Source: Candidatus Omnitrophota bacterium
GTDB lineage: Bacteria; Omnitrophota; Gorgyraeia; Zapsychrales; Fredricksoniimonadaceae
Length of the DNA: 64,000 bases
NCBI GenBank assembly: GCA_903901225.1
Contig: CAIUQE010000048.1
Span: forward strand, 5,844 to 69,843
Direction: 5' to 3'
A model generated the notes under the pieces. That model saw only the letters and a list, made by a program, of their open reading frames with translations. It was not told the origin of the DNA and did no database searches. This document shows, in pieces, positions 28,974 to 37,058 of this stretch. The position numbers and the translations under genes were made by a program. Each line of letters starts with the position of its first letter. Position 1 is the first letter of the stretch.

Positions 28974-31280
28974 CTAATAAATGATGTTCATCAGGAATTT
29001 CAAGAGGGTCATGTGCCTGGCAAGGAGGCGCTTCATTTCGGACGGGGCGGCATCCATGATCCTGACAGGCAAAAACGGGTTCGCTCCTTGCTTTAGAAGA
29101 GTCTTGACAATAACGCTGTTGTTGCGTTTGACGGCCAAAGCGAGCGCCGAGTTCCCCGCTTTGTTCATCGGTGTGACGTCCGCCCGATGGCCCAGTAACA
29201 GAGCGACCACATCCGCGGCGTCCGCGTCGACGGCCAGCATGAGGGGCGTATTGCCATCGTTGCTGGCCACATTGACAAGGGCTCCTGAGCTGACCAGCAA
29301 CAAAGCACACTCAATGCTGCCGGCGTGCGCGGCGAAAGACAAGGCCGTATGGCCTTCGTTGTTGCGGCGCGTTGTATCAGCTTTGCGCCCAAGAAGGAAT
29401 TTAACGGCCTCCTGGTGACCGTTCTCGGCGGCGATCATGAGCGCGGTGCGGCCCGACGCGTCGCTGGTGTTGATATCCATTTTTCGCGCGAGGAAGATAT
29501 CGATGAGATCAACGTCTCCCATCTTGACAGCGGCCAGGAACGGCCCCAATGCGCCGCCAGATGTCATGTCCCAGCTGGCCCCGGCATTTAAAAGCAACTT
29601 GGCAACGGGGCCGTGGCCGTTGGCAATGGCCTCAGCCAGGGCCTTGTCAAAAACGCGCGGGAATTTTTCGTGGCTGCCATATTCCTGGATAAGGCGGTTG
29701 ACCACGGCTTCATGGCCATTACCCGCCGCAAGGATCAAGGGCGAAGTTTTTTCCGGGTTGAGCCCGTCATTCACGCGTGCTCCGGCTTTGAGCAGGCGCG
29801 CGACAATATCCAGGTTGCCACGCCATGCGGCCCGGCTTAGCGGTGTCTGACCTTCTGTATCAGTCGCGTTGACATCAGCCCCCTGGAGGATCAAAAGGTC
29901 GACGATATCCTTTTCCCCTCGCCATACGGCCAGGATGAGGGGCGTTCTTGTCGCCGTGGTTTTTAAAAGAGAAGGATCGACCCCGGTAGACGGCAACATA
30001 ACTTTACCTGTGGCCAGGAGGGCCTCACTGACATCTTTATACCCTTTCAGTAAAGCGATGGATAAGGCATTCTCGTGGTTGCTGGTGGTCCGGGTGACAT
30101 CCGCTCCCTGGTTGATGAGGAACTTGACCATGGGAAGGTCGTCCTGCCAGGCTGCCAGCATCAAAGGTGTCAGGCCTTTAGTATTGGGGAAATCGATCTT
30201 GCTGCCGGCTTTTAGCAGCATTTCGGCTGACGTGAAGTCTTTCTTTTGCACCGCAAGCAGCAGCGCGTTGTCACCGTCATTACTGAGGATGTCGGGGTCA
30301 GCTCCTTTTCGGATGACGTCGGGAAGCCATGCCGTCAGGCCGCGCGCCACGGTTTCCATGAGAGCCGTGCGTCCGTTGCGGTCTTTGTAATTGATGTTCA
30401 GGCCAGCCGCGATGATCCGGTCAAAATCATCTTTGCGCGCGTTCCTGATCGCTGATAAGAAAAGTTCTTCGCGCGGCAGGTCAGGGTCGTTCTGGCCCCA
30501 CCGGGCCTGCTGTTGTATTGTTTTTAGCCTTTCGATCGCCGGACTGAACCCCTTACCCGCGGCTCTTGTGTACCAGGACAAGGCGTCCTGATAGCTTGAA
30601 GCGGTCCCTTTGCCAGTTTCGATGAGCTGTCCCAGCCGGTATTCAGATTCAAGGTCCCCTTGATCAGCAAGGGTTTTATAGAGGTTCACGGCTAGCGCGA
30701 AGTCTTTGTTGTTGACGGCTTGCATGGCCCTGTCATGCAGTTGTTGCTGCGATGAAAGTATGGCCGATGGCTTGAGGGCATTTATGGTTTCAGAGGAAGA
30801 TGTTTCTTTGATCCGAAGAGATGTCGTGCCGTTAATCTTGATATCCGCCAGGCGGTCGACAGCGGGGGTGTAATTCTGGCCGGCTGATTTTTTATACCAG
30901 GATAAGGCTTCGGGAATACCCTGAAGCACTCCCCGGCCGGATTCGAGCATGGAGGCGACATTGAATTGGGCTTTGGCGTTGCCTTTTTCAGCAGCCTTTT
31001 TATACCATGAAAAAGCCGTCGGGTAGTCTTTGGGAACTCCCTTCCCTGTCTCGTAAAGAGCGCCGAGTTGGTATAGCGCGTCGGGATCGCCCTGATCGGC
31101 CAGGCCGGAATATAGCGTAAGCGCAAGTGTGTAATCTCTCGCGCGGATCGCACGCCTGGCTTCATCCATTGGCGATGGCCTGGAGGGAATATCCTGGGCG
31201 CGGGCATCGAGCCCAACGCCCAGGATAAGTAACGGGATAACGGCGGATACACAACGCCGCCATGACCGAGCATGCGACAT
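28974..31280 (-). CDS. secreted Sel1-like-repeat plus ankyrin-repeat protein
   Basis: Signal peptide. Sel1-like repeats (YQLGALYETGKGVPKDY...; EYRLGQLIETGKG). About 13 ankyrin repeats (GRTALM..A...G..DVV..LL..GAD). Start chosen at the ATG at 31280 (MSHARS), which has a ggaga RBS. Confidence 0.7.
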   Translation of the reverse strand: MSHARSWRRCVSAVIPLLILGVGLDARAQDIPSRPSPMDEARRAIRARDYTLALTLYSGLADQGDPDALYQLGALYETGKGVPKDYPTAFSWYKKAAEKGNAKAQFNVASMLESGRGVLQGIPEALSWYKKSAGQNYTPAVDRLADIKINGTTSLRIKETSSSETINALKPSAILSSQQQLHDRAMQAVNNKDFALAVNLYKTLADQGDLESEYRLGQLIETGKGTASSYQDALSWYTRAAGKGFSPAIERLKTIQQQARWGQNDPDLPREELFLSAIRNARKDDFDRIIAAGLNINYKDRNGRTALMETVARGLTAWLPDVIRKGADPDILSNDGDNALLLAVQKKDFTSAEMLLKAGSKIDFPNTKGLTPLMLAAWQDDLPMVKFLINQGADVTRTTSNHENALSIALLKGYKDVSEALLATGKVMLPSTGVDPSLLKTTATRTPLILAVWRGEKDIVDLLILQGADVNATDTEGQTPLSRAAWRGNLDIVARLLKAGARVNDGLNPEKTSPLILAAGNGHEAVVNRLIQEYGSHEKFPRVFDKALAEAIANGHGPVAKLLLNAGASWDMTSGGALGPFLAAVKMGDVDLIDIFLARKMDINTSDASGRTALMIAAENGHQEAVKFLLGRKADTTRRNNEGHTALSFAAHAGSIECALLLVSSGALVNVASNDGNTPLMLAVDADAADVVALLLGHRADVTPMNKAGNSALALAVKRNNSVIVKTLLKQGANPFLPVRIMDAAPSEMKRLLARHMTLLKFLMNIIY

Positions 31281-31314
31281 TCCTGGATCTCCCATAAAAA
31301 GCACAATGCTATTA

Positions 31315-33540
31315 CTAAAAGATCAGCCTGTACCCGGTAGTAATGAACATTTCACGCGATTTGGACTTAATGCCCGACGCGATCTCGCTGACCCACTCTG
31401 TTCCGCCGTCAATTTCCAGTGTCGCGAACTTTGTCAGGCTGTACTCCAGGCGCATTTCGGGACGATAAGCCCAGCGTTCGTCGGCTGACGCTTTCGTGTC
31501 TTTAAAGTCCGTATGAAAACGCGGATTGATCCTGGTTTTGGCCGTCAGCGGGTAACGCGCGTTGAGGTTGAACGCGTAATCATAATATGTTTGCGCGTCG
31601 GTGAACACCAGGCCCGGGATCAAAGAGTCCTGCTCTTTGATAAGGTTGCTGATGTTCAGTTCGGTTGAATAGGTCCAGTCCGGCCCTGTTGAATTGGAGC
31701 CTTCAACCCCGCCGGACGTGATCATACCTTCGAGCGCGGAGACCGAGACTTCACCCGTCCACTGGAGATTTTCCCTGATGTCCTGGCTCACACCGGCCGT
31801 GGCCGACTTGCTGTTCGTCGAGCGGTCAATGGCCAGTTGGCGCAGCTCTTTTCTGGTATAAGTGGACTTAAGGTCGGATATATTCGCGACACCCATCCCC
31901 TGGATCGCGTTGTTCGTTGTGATCAAAGGCGACTTGCGGTAGTCTGCCGTCAAGCTGAGCGTGGTCTTTGTCGGCAAGGTGTAACGCATGTTGGTGGACG
32001 CGATATTGAGCCTCTGGAAATATGTATCATAATCGACAAGTGTGAAGAGCGATTTTTTCCGGTCAAAATACCTGACCTCGCCGCCCACCGCCTGGCGGTC
32101 CGTCAAGCCTGAATTCTGCTGGGCAATGGCAAAGGTATTGAATGTCCAGCGCGCTTTGGGGATCCCCCAGTCGATGTTGATCCCTTCGAACAGTTTCTGC
32201 GTGATCACCCGTGATATTTTCACGCTATCAACCGGATAACCGCTGACAACGTTGAGCTTTATCCCTGGGGTTATCTGCTTGGACACATGGACACCGTCAA
32301 AACGACCCAATACGCCGCCCGTTGAGAGTGTCTGGCGTCCGGCGCGCGCGTAGAAACCGAGTTTTTTGGACTTGATATCAACGGCCATGGCGCTCAAGCG
32401 ATTCTCATTCTTGCTGCCGCTGAGGTAATTCTGTGTTTTTCCACCGCTGAAACGCGCCTTGATCTCGAGGTCCCGGCTCTTCCACCGCCCGTTGATATCA
32501 ACGTCGCTGGCAAGGTTGTTCAACGTGTCGTTTTGTTTGCTTCCTTTGATCTTTAACATGTCCCTGTAATAGTACTGGGACGCGCTGCCGAAATACTGCG
32601 ATGACCACACGGACTCGGCGATCTTTCTGCTGGCGCCGGCAGGTTCCTTGAGAGGGGCCTGGGCGGCCTGGGTGGAGGTAACAACACCCGCCAGGCGTTG
32701 ACGGACACGGTCGGCGTCGGGGCCTTCGGGATATTCTTTAAGGTACTGGCTGTATTCAGCGGCCGCGTGGGCCAGTTGCTTGTTGCGTTCCCGCGCGACA
32801 CCCAACAATTCCCGCGCCTGTTTTTTCAATTCTCCTTGAGCTGTCAGAAGGACTTTCAAATATAGCTGGACCGCGGCGTCATAATCAGGCTTCACCAGCG
32901 CATCTTTGGCTTCCCGCATGAGCGAAGATTCAGGCTGGTCTAGAGGGGCTTCAGGCAATGCCAATTCCCCTGCTTTCCTGGCTTCGAGCCCGGCCCCCTG
33001 CGGCGGCTGGGCTGTAGTTACCCTGATGGTCACGGTTTTCATATCCGCGCTGTCATGCACATCGATCGTAACATCTTCGTTAAAATCGAGGATGATCTGC
33101 GGGTTTTCCGTGTCATTGCCATCGAAAGTGATATTGTTCAACGGGATGCCTGAGGAGTGATCCCAGGAAGGGATCAGGTTCGAATGGATGATGTCGAGAT
33201 CCTCCTGGTCCAGTTTTGAATGGTCGACGGTCTTTAACTGGATGTAGAACTTGCTCGCTTTCCCGGAGGGTGACGCATTCTTGAAGCGGTAGGAATAGAG
33301 CGAGTTCATCTCGATCTTGTAACCTTCGGAAATTGTCTGGATCTTGATATCTTCCATGGCGCCGGCATAAGCAGGTACGACGGAAAGTAACCAAATGCTT
33401 AGGAAGACTGTTAATGATCTGACGCCGTTGGCCAGTGTTTCTTGAAGAAAAGTTTTATTCACGAACGTTGAGCCGGATATATTTTTTATAGTGAGCACGA
33501 TAGTCTTTCTTACTTGTTGAATGTTCTTGTTGAGTGACAC
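31315..33540 (-). CDS. outer-membrane protein: N-terminal TPR-like helical region plus C-terminal beta-barrel
   Basis: Signal-peptide-like segment. Helical repeat region. Alternating amphipathic C-terminal half ending in the aromatic residue ...YRLIF. The listed start overlaps the upstream cytochrome by 31 nt; an alternative GTG at 33462 would avoid the overlap. Confidence 0.5.
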   Translation of the reverse strand: MSLNKNIQQVRKTIVLTIKNISGSTFVNKTFLQETLANGVRSLTVFLSIWLLSVVPAYAGAMEDIKIQTISEGYKIEMNSLYSYRFKNASPSGKASKFYIQLKTVDHSKLDQEDLDIIHSNLIPSWDHSSGIPLNNITFDGNDTENPQIILDFNEDVTIDVHDSADMKTVTIRVTTAQPPQGAGLEARKAGELALPEAPLDQPESSLMREAKDALVKPDYDAAVQLYLKVLLTAQGELKKQARELLGVARERNKQLAHAAAEYSQYLKEYPEGPDADRVRQRLAGVVTSTQAAQAPLKEPAGASRKIAESVWSSQYFGSASQYYYRDMLKIKGSKQNDTLNNLASDVDINGRWKSRDLEIKARFSGGKTQNYLSGSKNENRLSAMAVDIKSKKLGFYARAGRQTLSTGGVLGRFDGVHVSKQITPGIKLNVVSGYPVDSVKISRVITQKLFEGINIDWGIPKARWTFNTFAIAQQNSGLTDRQAVGGEVRYFDRKKSLFTLVDYDTYFQRLNIASTNMRYTLPTKTTLSLTADYRKSPLITTNNAIQGMGVANISDLKSTYTRKELRQLAIDRSTNSKSATAGVSQDIRENLQWTGEVSVSALEGMITSGGVEGSNSTGPDWTYSTELNISNLIKEQDSLIPGLVFTDAQTYYDYAFNLNARYPLTAKTRINPRFHTDFKDTKASADERWAYRPEMRLEYSLTKFATLEIDGGTEWVSEIASGIKSKSREMFITTGYRLIF

Positions 33541-36500
33541 GCGCCACAGTCTTGTGTGGTACGCGGATGATCATGCGACTTTCCAGTGATCTGGATGCCG
33601 TCATGCGATTGTCCATCATGGCAGCTGGAACAAGTTCCGGATGCATCTGAATGGTTGAATTTGCTGCTTGAAACATTCCAACTTGAGGTCAAATGGCAAT
33701 TGCCGCAATTATTGGTGGTATTTAAATGGGAAGCTCCTTTTCCTGTAGCTTTTGATCCGTTATGGCACGAGGAACATGTTCCCGTGACCGCTGTATGATC
33801 AACGCGTGCTACCGGTGTCCAGGCCACGGTCGAGTGGCAACTGTTGCAGGTGCTCGCGGAACTGATGTGGTTAGCCGATTTGCCTGTAGCGGATGATCCG
33901 TTGTGGCAGGTGGAACATGCCGCAGAAACGCCGCCATGGTCAAAAACCGCGGGGGTCCAGGCATTGGTGTTGTGGCAGGCGTCACAGCTCGTCGATGTCG
34001 GGATGTGCGTGGCGTTCTTACCCGGAGCCGTCGAGCCGTTATGGCAACTGGAGCATGACCCTGTCACCGAGGTGTGGTCTACCCTTGAGACAGAGCTCCA
34101 GGAAACGGTCGTATGGCAGTTATTGCAAATATTGTTCGTCGTGATATGGGTCGGAGGCTTACCGCTCGCGCTTGTGCCATTATGGCAATTCGCGCATGAA
34201 CCGCTCACCGCGTTGTGGTCCATCCGCGTCACGGGGGTCCAGGCCGAGGTCGAATGACAGCTGTCGCAGGTCGTTGCCGAAGCAATATGGTTTGGCGATT
34301 TCCCGGTGGCCGTGGTGCCATTATGGCAGCTTGAACAAGAGCCGCTGACCCGCGAGTGATCCAGGCGTGACACGGCCCAGCTCGATGTTGTGTGGCAGGA
34401 GTCACAGGACGCTGATGTTGCGATATGGTTCCCCGGCTTCCCTGTCGCCGTTGAGCCATTGTGACAGTTCGCGCAGGTGCCGGTCGCCGCGGCATGGTCC
34501 ATGCGGGTGACGGGCGACCAGGCTGAGGTTGAATGGCAACTGTCGCAGGTTGTTGCGGAGGCGATATGATTGGCCGGCTTCCCCGAGGCGGTCGTGCCGT
34601 TATGGCAGCTGGAACATGTGCCGCTGACCTTGGAGTGGTCCAGACGTGACACGGTCCAGCTCGACGTTGTATGGCAGGCGTCACAGGCCGCGGATGTGGT
34701 GATGTGATTTGCAGGTTTTCCTGTCGCCGCCGACCCGTTGTGGCAGTTGGCACATGTGCCGGTCACCGCGGCATGGTCCATGCGGGTGACGGGCGTCCAG
34801 GCTGTGGTCGAATGACAGCTGTCGCAGGTCGTCGCGGAGGCGATGTGGTTCGCCGATTTTCCCGGTGCCGTTGTGCCGTTATGGCAGCTGGAACACGTCC
34901 CGCTGAGCTTGGAATGGTCCAGCCGGGACACGGTCCACGATGATGTCGTATGGCAGGCGTCACAGGCGGCGCTTGTGGCAATGTGCGTGCCCGGCTTGCC
35001 TGTGGCGGCTGATCCATTATGGCACGCGGCGCACGCTCCTGTCACCGCCGCGTGATCAAGCCTCATCACGGGTGACCACGCCGTTGTCGAATGGCAACTG
35101 TTACATGTTGCCGCGGAACTTATGTGCGTGGGAGATTTTCCGGTCGCGGTCGTTCCGTTGTGGCAGCTTGAACAACTGCCGCTTACCTTGCTGTGGTCCA
35201 GCGATGTCACGGCCCAGTTGTTGGTGCCATGGCAGGCGTCACAGCTGGCGCTCGTGGCGATATGTGTGGGCGATCTTCCCGTAGCGGCAGACCCGTTGTG
35301 GCAGCTCGCGCAGGTTCCTGTCGCCGCCGTATGGTCCATCCTTGCCAGCGGGGTCCAGGCTGATGTGGTGTGACAACTGTTGCAGGTTGTTGCGGCAGCG
35401 ATGTGCGTTGGCGATTTTCCTGTCGCTGTAGTACCGTTATGACAACTCGCGCAGGTCCCGCTGGCCTTGGTGTGGTCAAATGAAGATACCGCCCAACTGT
35501 TGATGCTGTGGCATGAATCACAGCTGGCGCTTGTGGCAATGTGGGTGGCGGTCTTGCCCGGCGCCGTTGATCCGTTGTGGCATGATGCGCATGTTCCGCT
35601 AACGGACGCATGGTCCATTTTTGTCAAGGGGGTCCAGGCCGAGGTTGAATGGCAACTGTTACAGGTCGTCGCGGAACTGATATGCGTCGCGGACTTGCCC
35701 GTCGCGGACGTCCCGTTATGGCAGCTCGCGCAGGTCCCGGTGACCTTGTTATGGTCAAGTGAGGCCGCTGCCCAAGTGGTTGTGCTGTGACAGGAATCAC
35801 ACGTGGCACTGGTGGCGACATGTTTGGCAGGCTTGCCTGTGGAGATGGTCCCGTTATGGCAGCTTGCGCAGGTCCCGGTCACGGCCGCGTGGTCCATTTT
35901 TGTCAACGGCGTCCAGGCTGATGTGGCGTGGCAACTGTTACAGGTCGTCGCGGTGCTGATATGTGTGGCTGACTTACCTGCCGCGGACGTCCCGTTATGG
36001 CAACTGGCGCACGCGCCGCCGCCGGTCTTGTTGTGGTCAAATGATGATACAGCCCAGCTGTTGACGCTGTGGCAGGCATCGCAGCCGGTTGATGTGGCAA
36101 TATGCCGGGCCGGCTTCCCTGTCGCGGCGCGCCCGTTATGGCAATTCGCGCACGTGCCGATACCGGCCGCATGATCCATCTTGGTCAGGGGTGTCCAGCC
36201 GGTTGTCGTATGGCAACTGTTGCAGGTTGCCGTCGAACTTATGTGTGACGGAGATTTTCCCTGCGCGGTCGTCCCGTTGTGGCAACTGGCGCATGTCCCG
36301 GATGCTCTTTTGTGGTCGAAAGAAGCCACGGCCCAGCTGTTGGTGGTGTGACACGTGTCGCAGGCATCGTTGGTCAGGATGTGACGGGACGGTTTTCCTG
36401 TCGCGGTCGTCGTATTGTGGCAACTGGCACATGTCCCTGATGCCCTGGAGTGATCGAACTTTTTGACGGCCCAGCTGTTGGTGGTATGGCACACTTCACA

Positions 36501-37058
36501 GCCATCGGTCGTGACAATATGGCTTATCGGCCGGCCCGTGGCATTCTGGCCGTTATGGCAGCGGGCACAAACGCCGATGACCTTACTGTGATCAAATTTA
36601 ACCTTGGTCCAGCTGGAAGTGACATGGCAGGTGTCACAGTTGGCAACTGTCGGGACGTGCCCGATGTCCTTCCCGCCCGCTGTTGTCCCGTTGTGGCAGT
36701 TGAGGCATGAGCCGATCACCGCGTTATGGTCAACCGAAACATTGCTGCTGAAATTTGTTGATGAATGGCAATCCTGGCAGCGTTCGCTGCTCCTGATGTG
36801 GTTGACAGGCTTTGACATGGCCTGGATGCCCGCGCCTGAAGTGTGGCAGCCGTCACAGGTGTTGGGCGTGTTCTTGAAGCGGCCTTGCGCGTGGCACGTC
36901 TCACATGTCAGCCCGGCATGGGCCCCGGTGATGGCAAAGCCCGTCGTGTTGTGGTCGAACGTTCCGGTATCAGCCTGTGCTCCTGCAGGAAGCAGCGCCA
37001 GGACGAAAGCCAGCGCCCATGTCATGAAAGCCAAAAGGTTTATTCGTTTATCGCTCAT
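33510..37058 (-). CDS. secreted giant multiheme c-type cytochrome (49 CxxCH motifs in 1182 aa)
   Basis: Signal peptide ends AQA. I counted 49 CxxCH motifs. Most of the protein is built from tandem ~47-aa diheme repeats. ATGA overlap with the upstream 27-heme gene. Confidence 0.85.
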   Translation of the reverse strand: MSDKRINLLAFMTWALAFVLALLPAGAQADTGTFDHNTTGFAITGAHAGLTCETCHAQGRFKNTPNTCDGCHTSGAGIQAMSKPVNHIRSSERCQDCHSSTNFSSNVSVDHNAVIGSCLNCHNGTTAGGKDIGHVPTVANCDTCHVTSSWTKVKFDHSKVIGVCARCHNGQNATGRPISHIVTTDGCEVCHTTNSWAVKKFDHSRASGTCASCHNTTTATGKPSRHILTNDACDTCHTTNSWAVASFDHKRASGTCASCHNGTTAQGKSPSHISSTATCNSCHTTTGWTPLTKMDHAAGIGTCANCHNGRAATGKPARHIATSTGCDACHSVNSWAVSSFDHNKTGGGACASCHNGTSAAGKSATHISTATTCNSCHATSAWTPLTKMDHAAVTGTCASCHNGTISTGKPAKHVATSATCDSCHSTTTWAAASLDHNKVTGTCASCHNGTSATGKSATHISSATTCNSCHSTSAWTPLTKMDHASVSGTCASCHNGSTAPGKTATHIATSASCDSCHSINSWAVSSFDHTKASGTCASCHNGTTATGKSPTHIAAATTCNSCHTTSAWTPLARMDHTAATGTCASCHNGSAATGRSPTHIATSASCDACHGTNNWAVTSLDHSKVSGSCSSCHNGTTATGKSPTHISSAATCNSCHSTTAWSPVMRLDHAAVTGACAACHNGSAATGKPGTHIATSAACDACHTTSSWTVSRLDHSKLSGTCSSCHNGTTAPGKSANHIASATTCDSCHSTTAWTPVTRMDHAAVTGTCANCHNGSAATGKPANHITTSAACDACHTTSSWTVSRLDHSKVSGTCSSCHNGTTASGKPANHIASATTCDSCHSTSAWSPVTRMDHAAATGTCANCHNGSTATGKPGNHIATSASCDSCHTTSSWAVSRLDHSRVSGSCSSCHNGTTATGKSPNHIASATTCDSCHSTSAWTPVTRMDHNAVSGSCANCHNGTSASGKPPTHITTNNICNNCHTTVSWSSVSRVDHTSVTGSCSSCHNGSTAPGKNATHIPTSTSCDACHNTNAWTPAVFDHGGVSAACSTCHNGSSATGKSANHISSASTCNSCHSTVAWTPVARVDHTAVTGTCSSCHNGSKATGKGASHLNTTNNCGNCHLTSSWNVSSSKFNHSDASGTCSSCHDGQSHDGIQITGKSHDHPRTTQDCGACHSTRTFNK
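33940..36450 (-). repeat. in-frame tandem array of ~141-bp coding repeats (about 17-18 units, several nearly identical)
   Basis: Repeating protein unit CASCHNGTxATGKxxxHIATSAxCDxCHxTxxWTPVTRMDHAAVTGT. Adjacent double units (~280 bp) are almost identical at the DNA level. Confidence 0.8.

Noticed and set aside
34229-35611. Minus-strand Pro/Arg/Ala-rich ORFs (34229..34753, 34763..35017, 35207..35611, 35624..35821, 35903..36172)
   Set aside because: They are alternative frames of the cytochrome gene itself. The low-complexity composition comes from a frame shift of a GC-rich repeat. The in-frame cytochrome ORF is far better supported.
33940-36450. Regular ~141-bp periodicity that could be mistaken for a CRISPR array or a non-coding satellite
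   Set aside because: The repeats are in-frame and continuous within a single ORF carrying CxxCH motifs. There are no unique spacers between conserved direct repeats. I saw no leader and no cas genes in the window.
33586-36710. Series of plus-strand ORFs rich in Trp/Gln/Leu (33586..33798, 33844..34257, 34671..34943, 35122..35373, 35467..35790, 35803..36174, 36604..37071 and others)
   Set aside because: They are antisense to the 49-heme cytochrome gene. The abundant Cys/His/Thr/Ala codons on the coding strand read as TGG/CCA-type codons in reverse and leave long open frames. They have no RBS, no independent support, and inherit the repeat periodicity.
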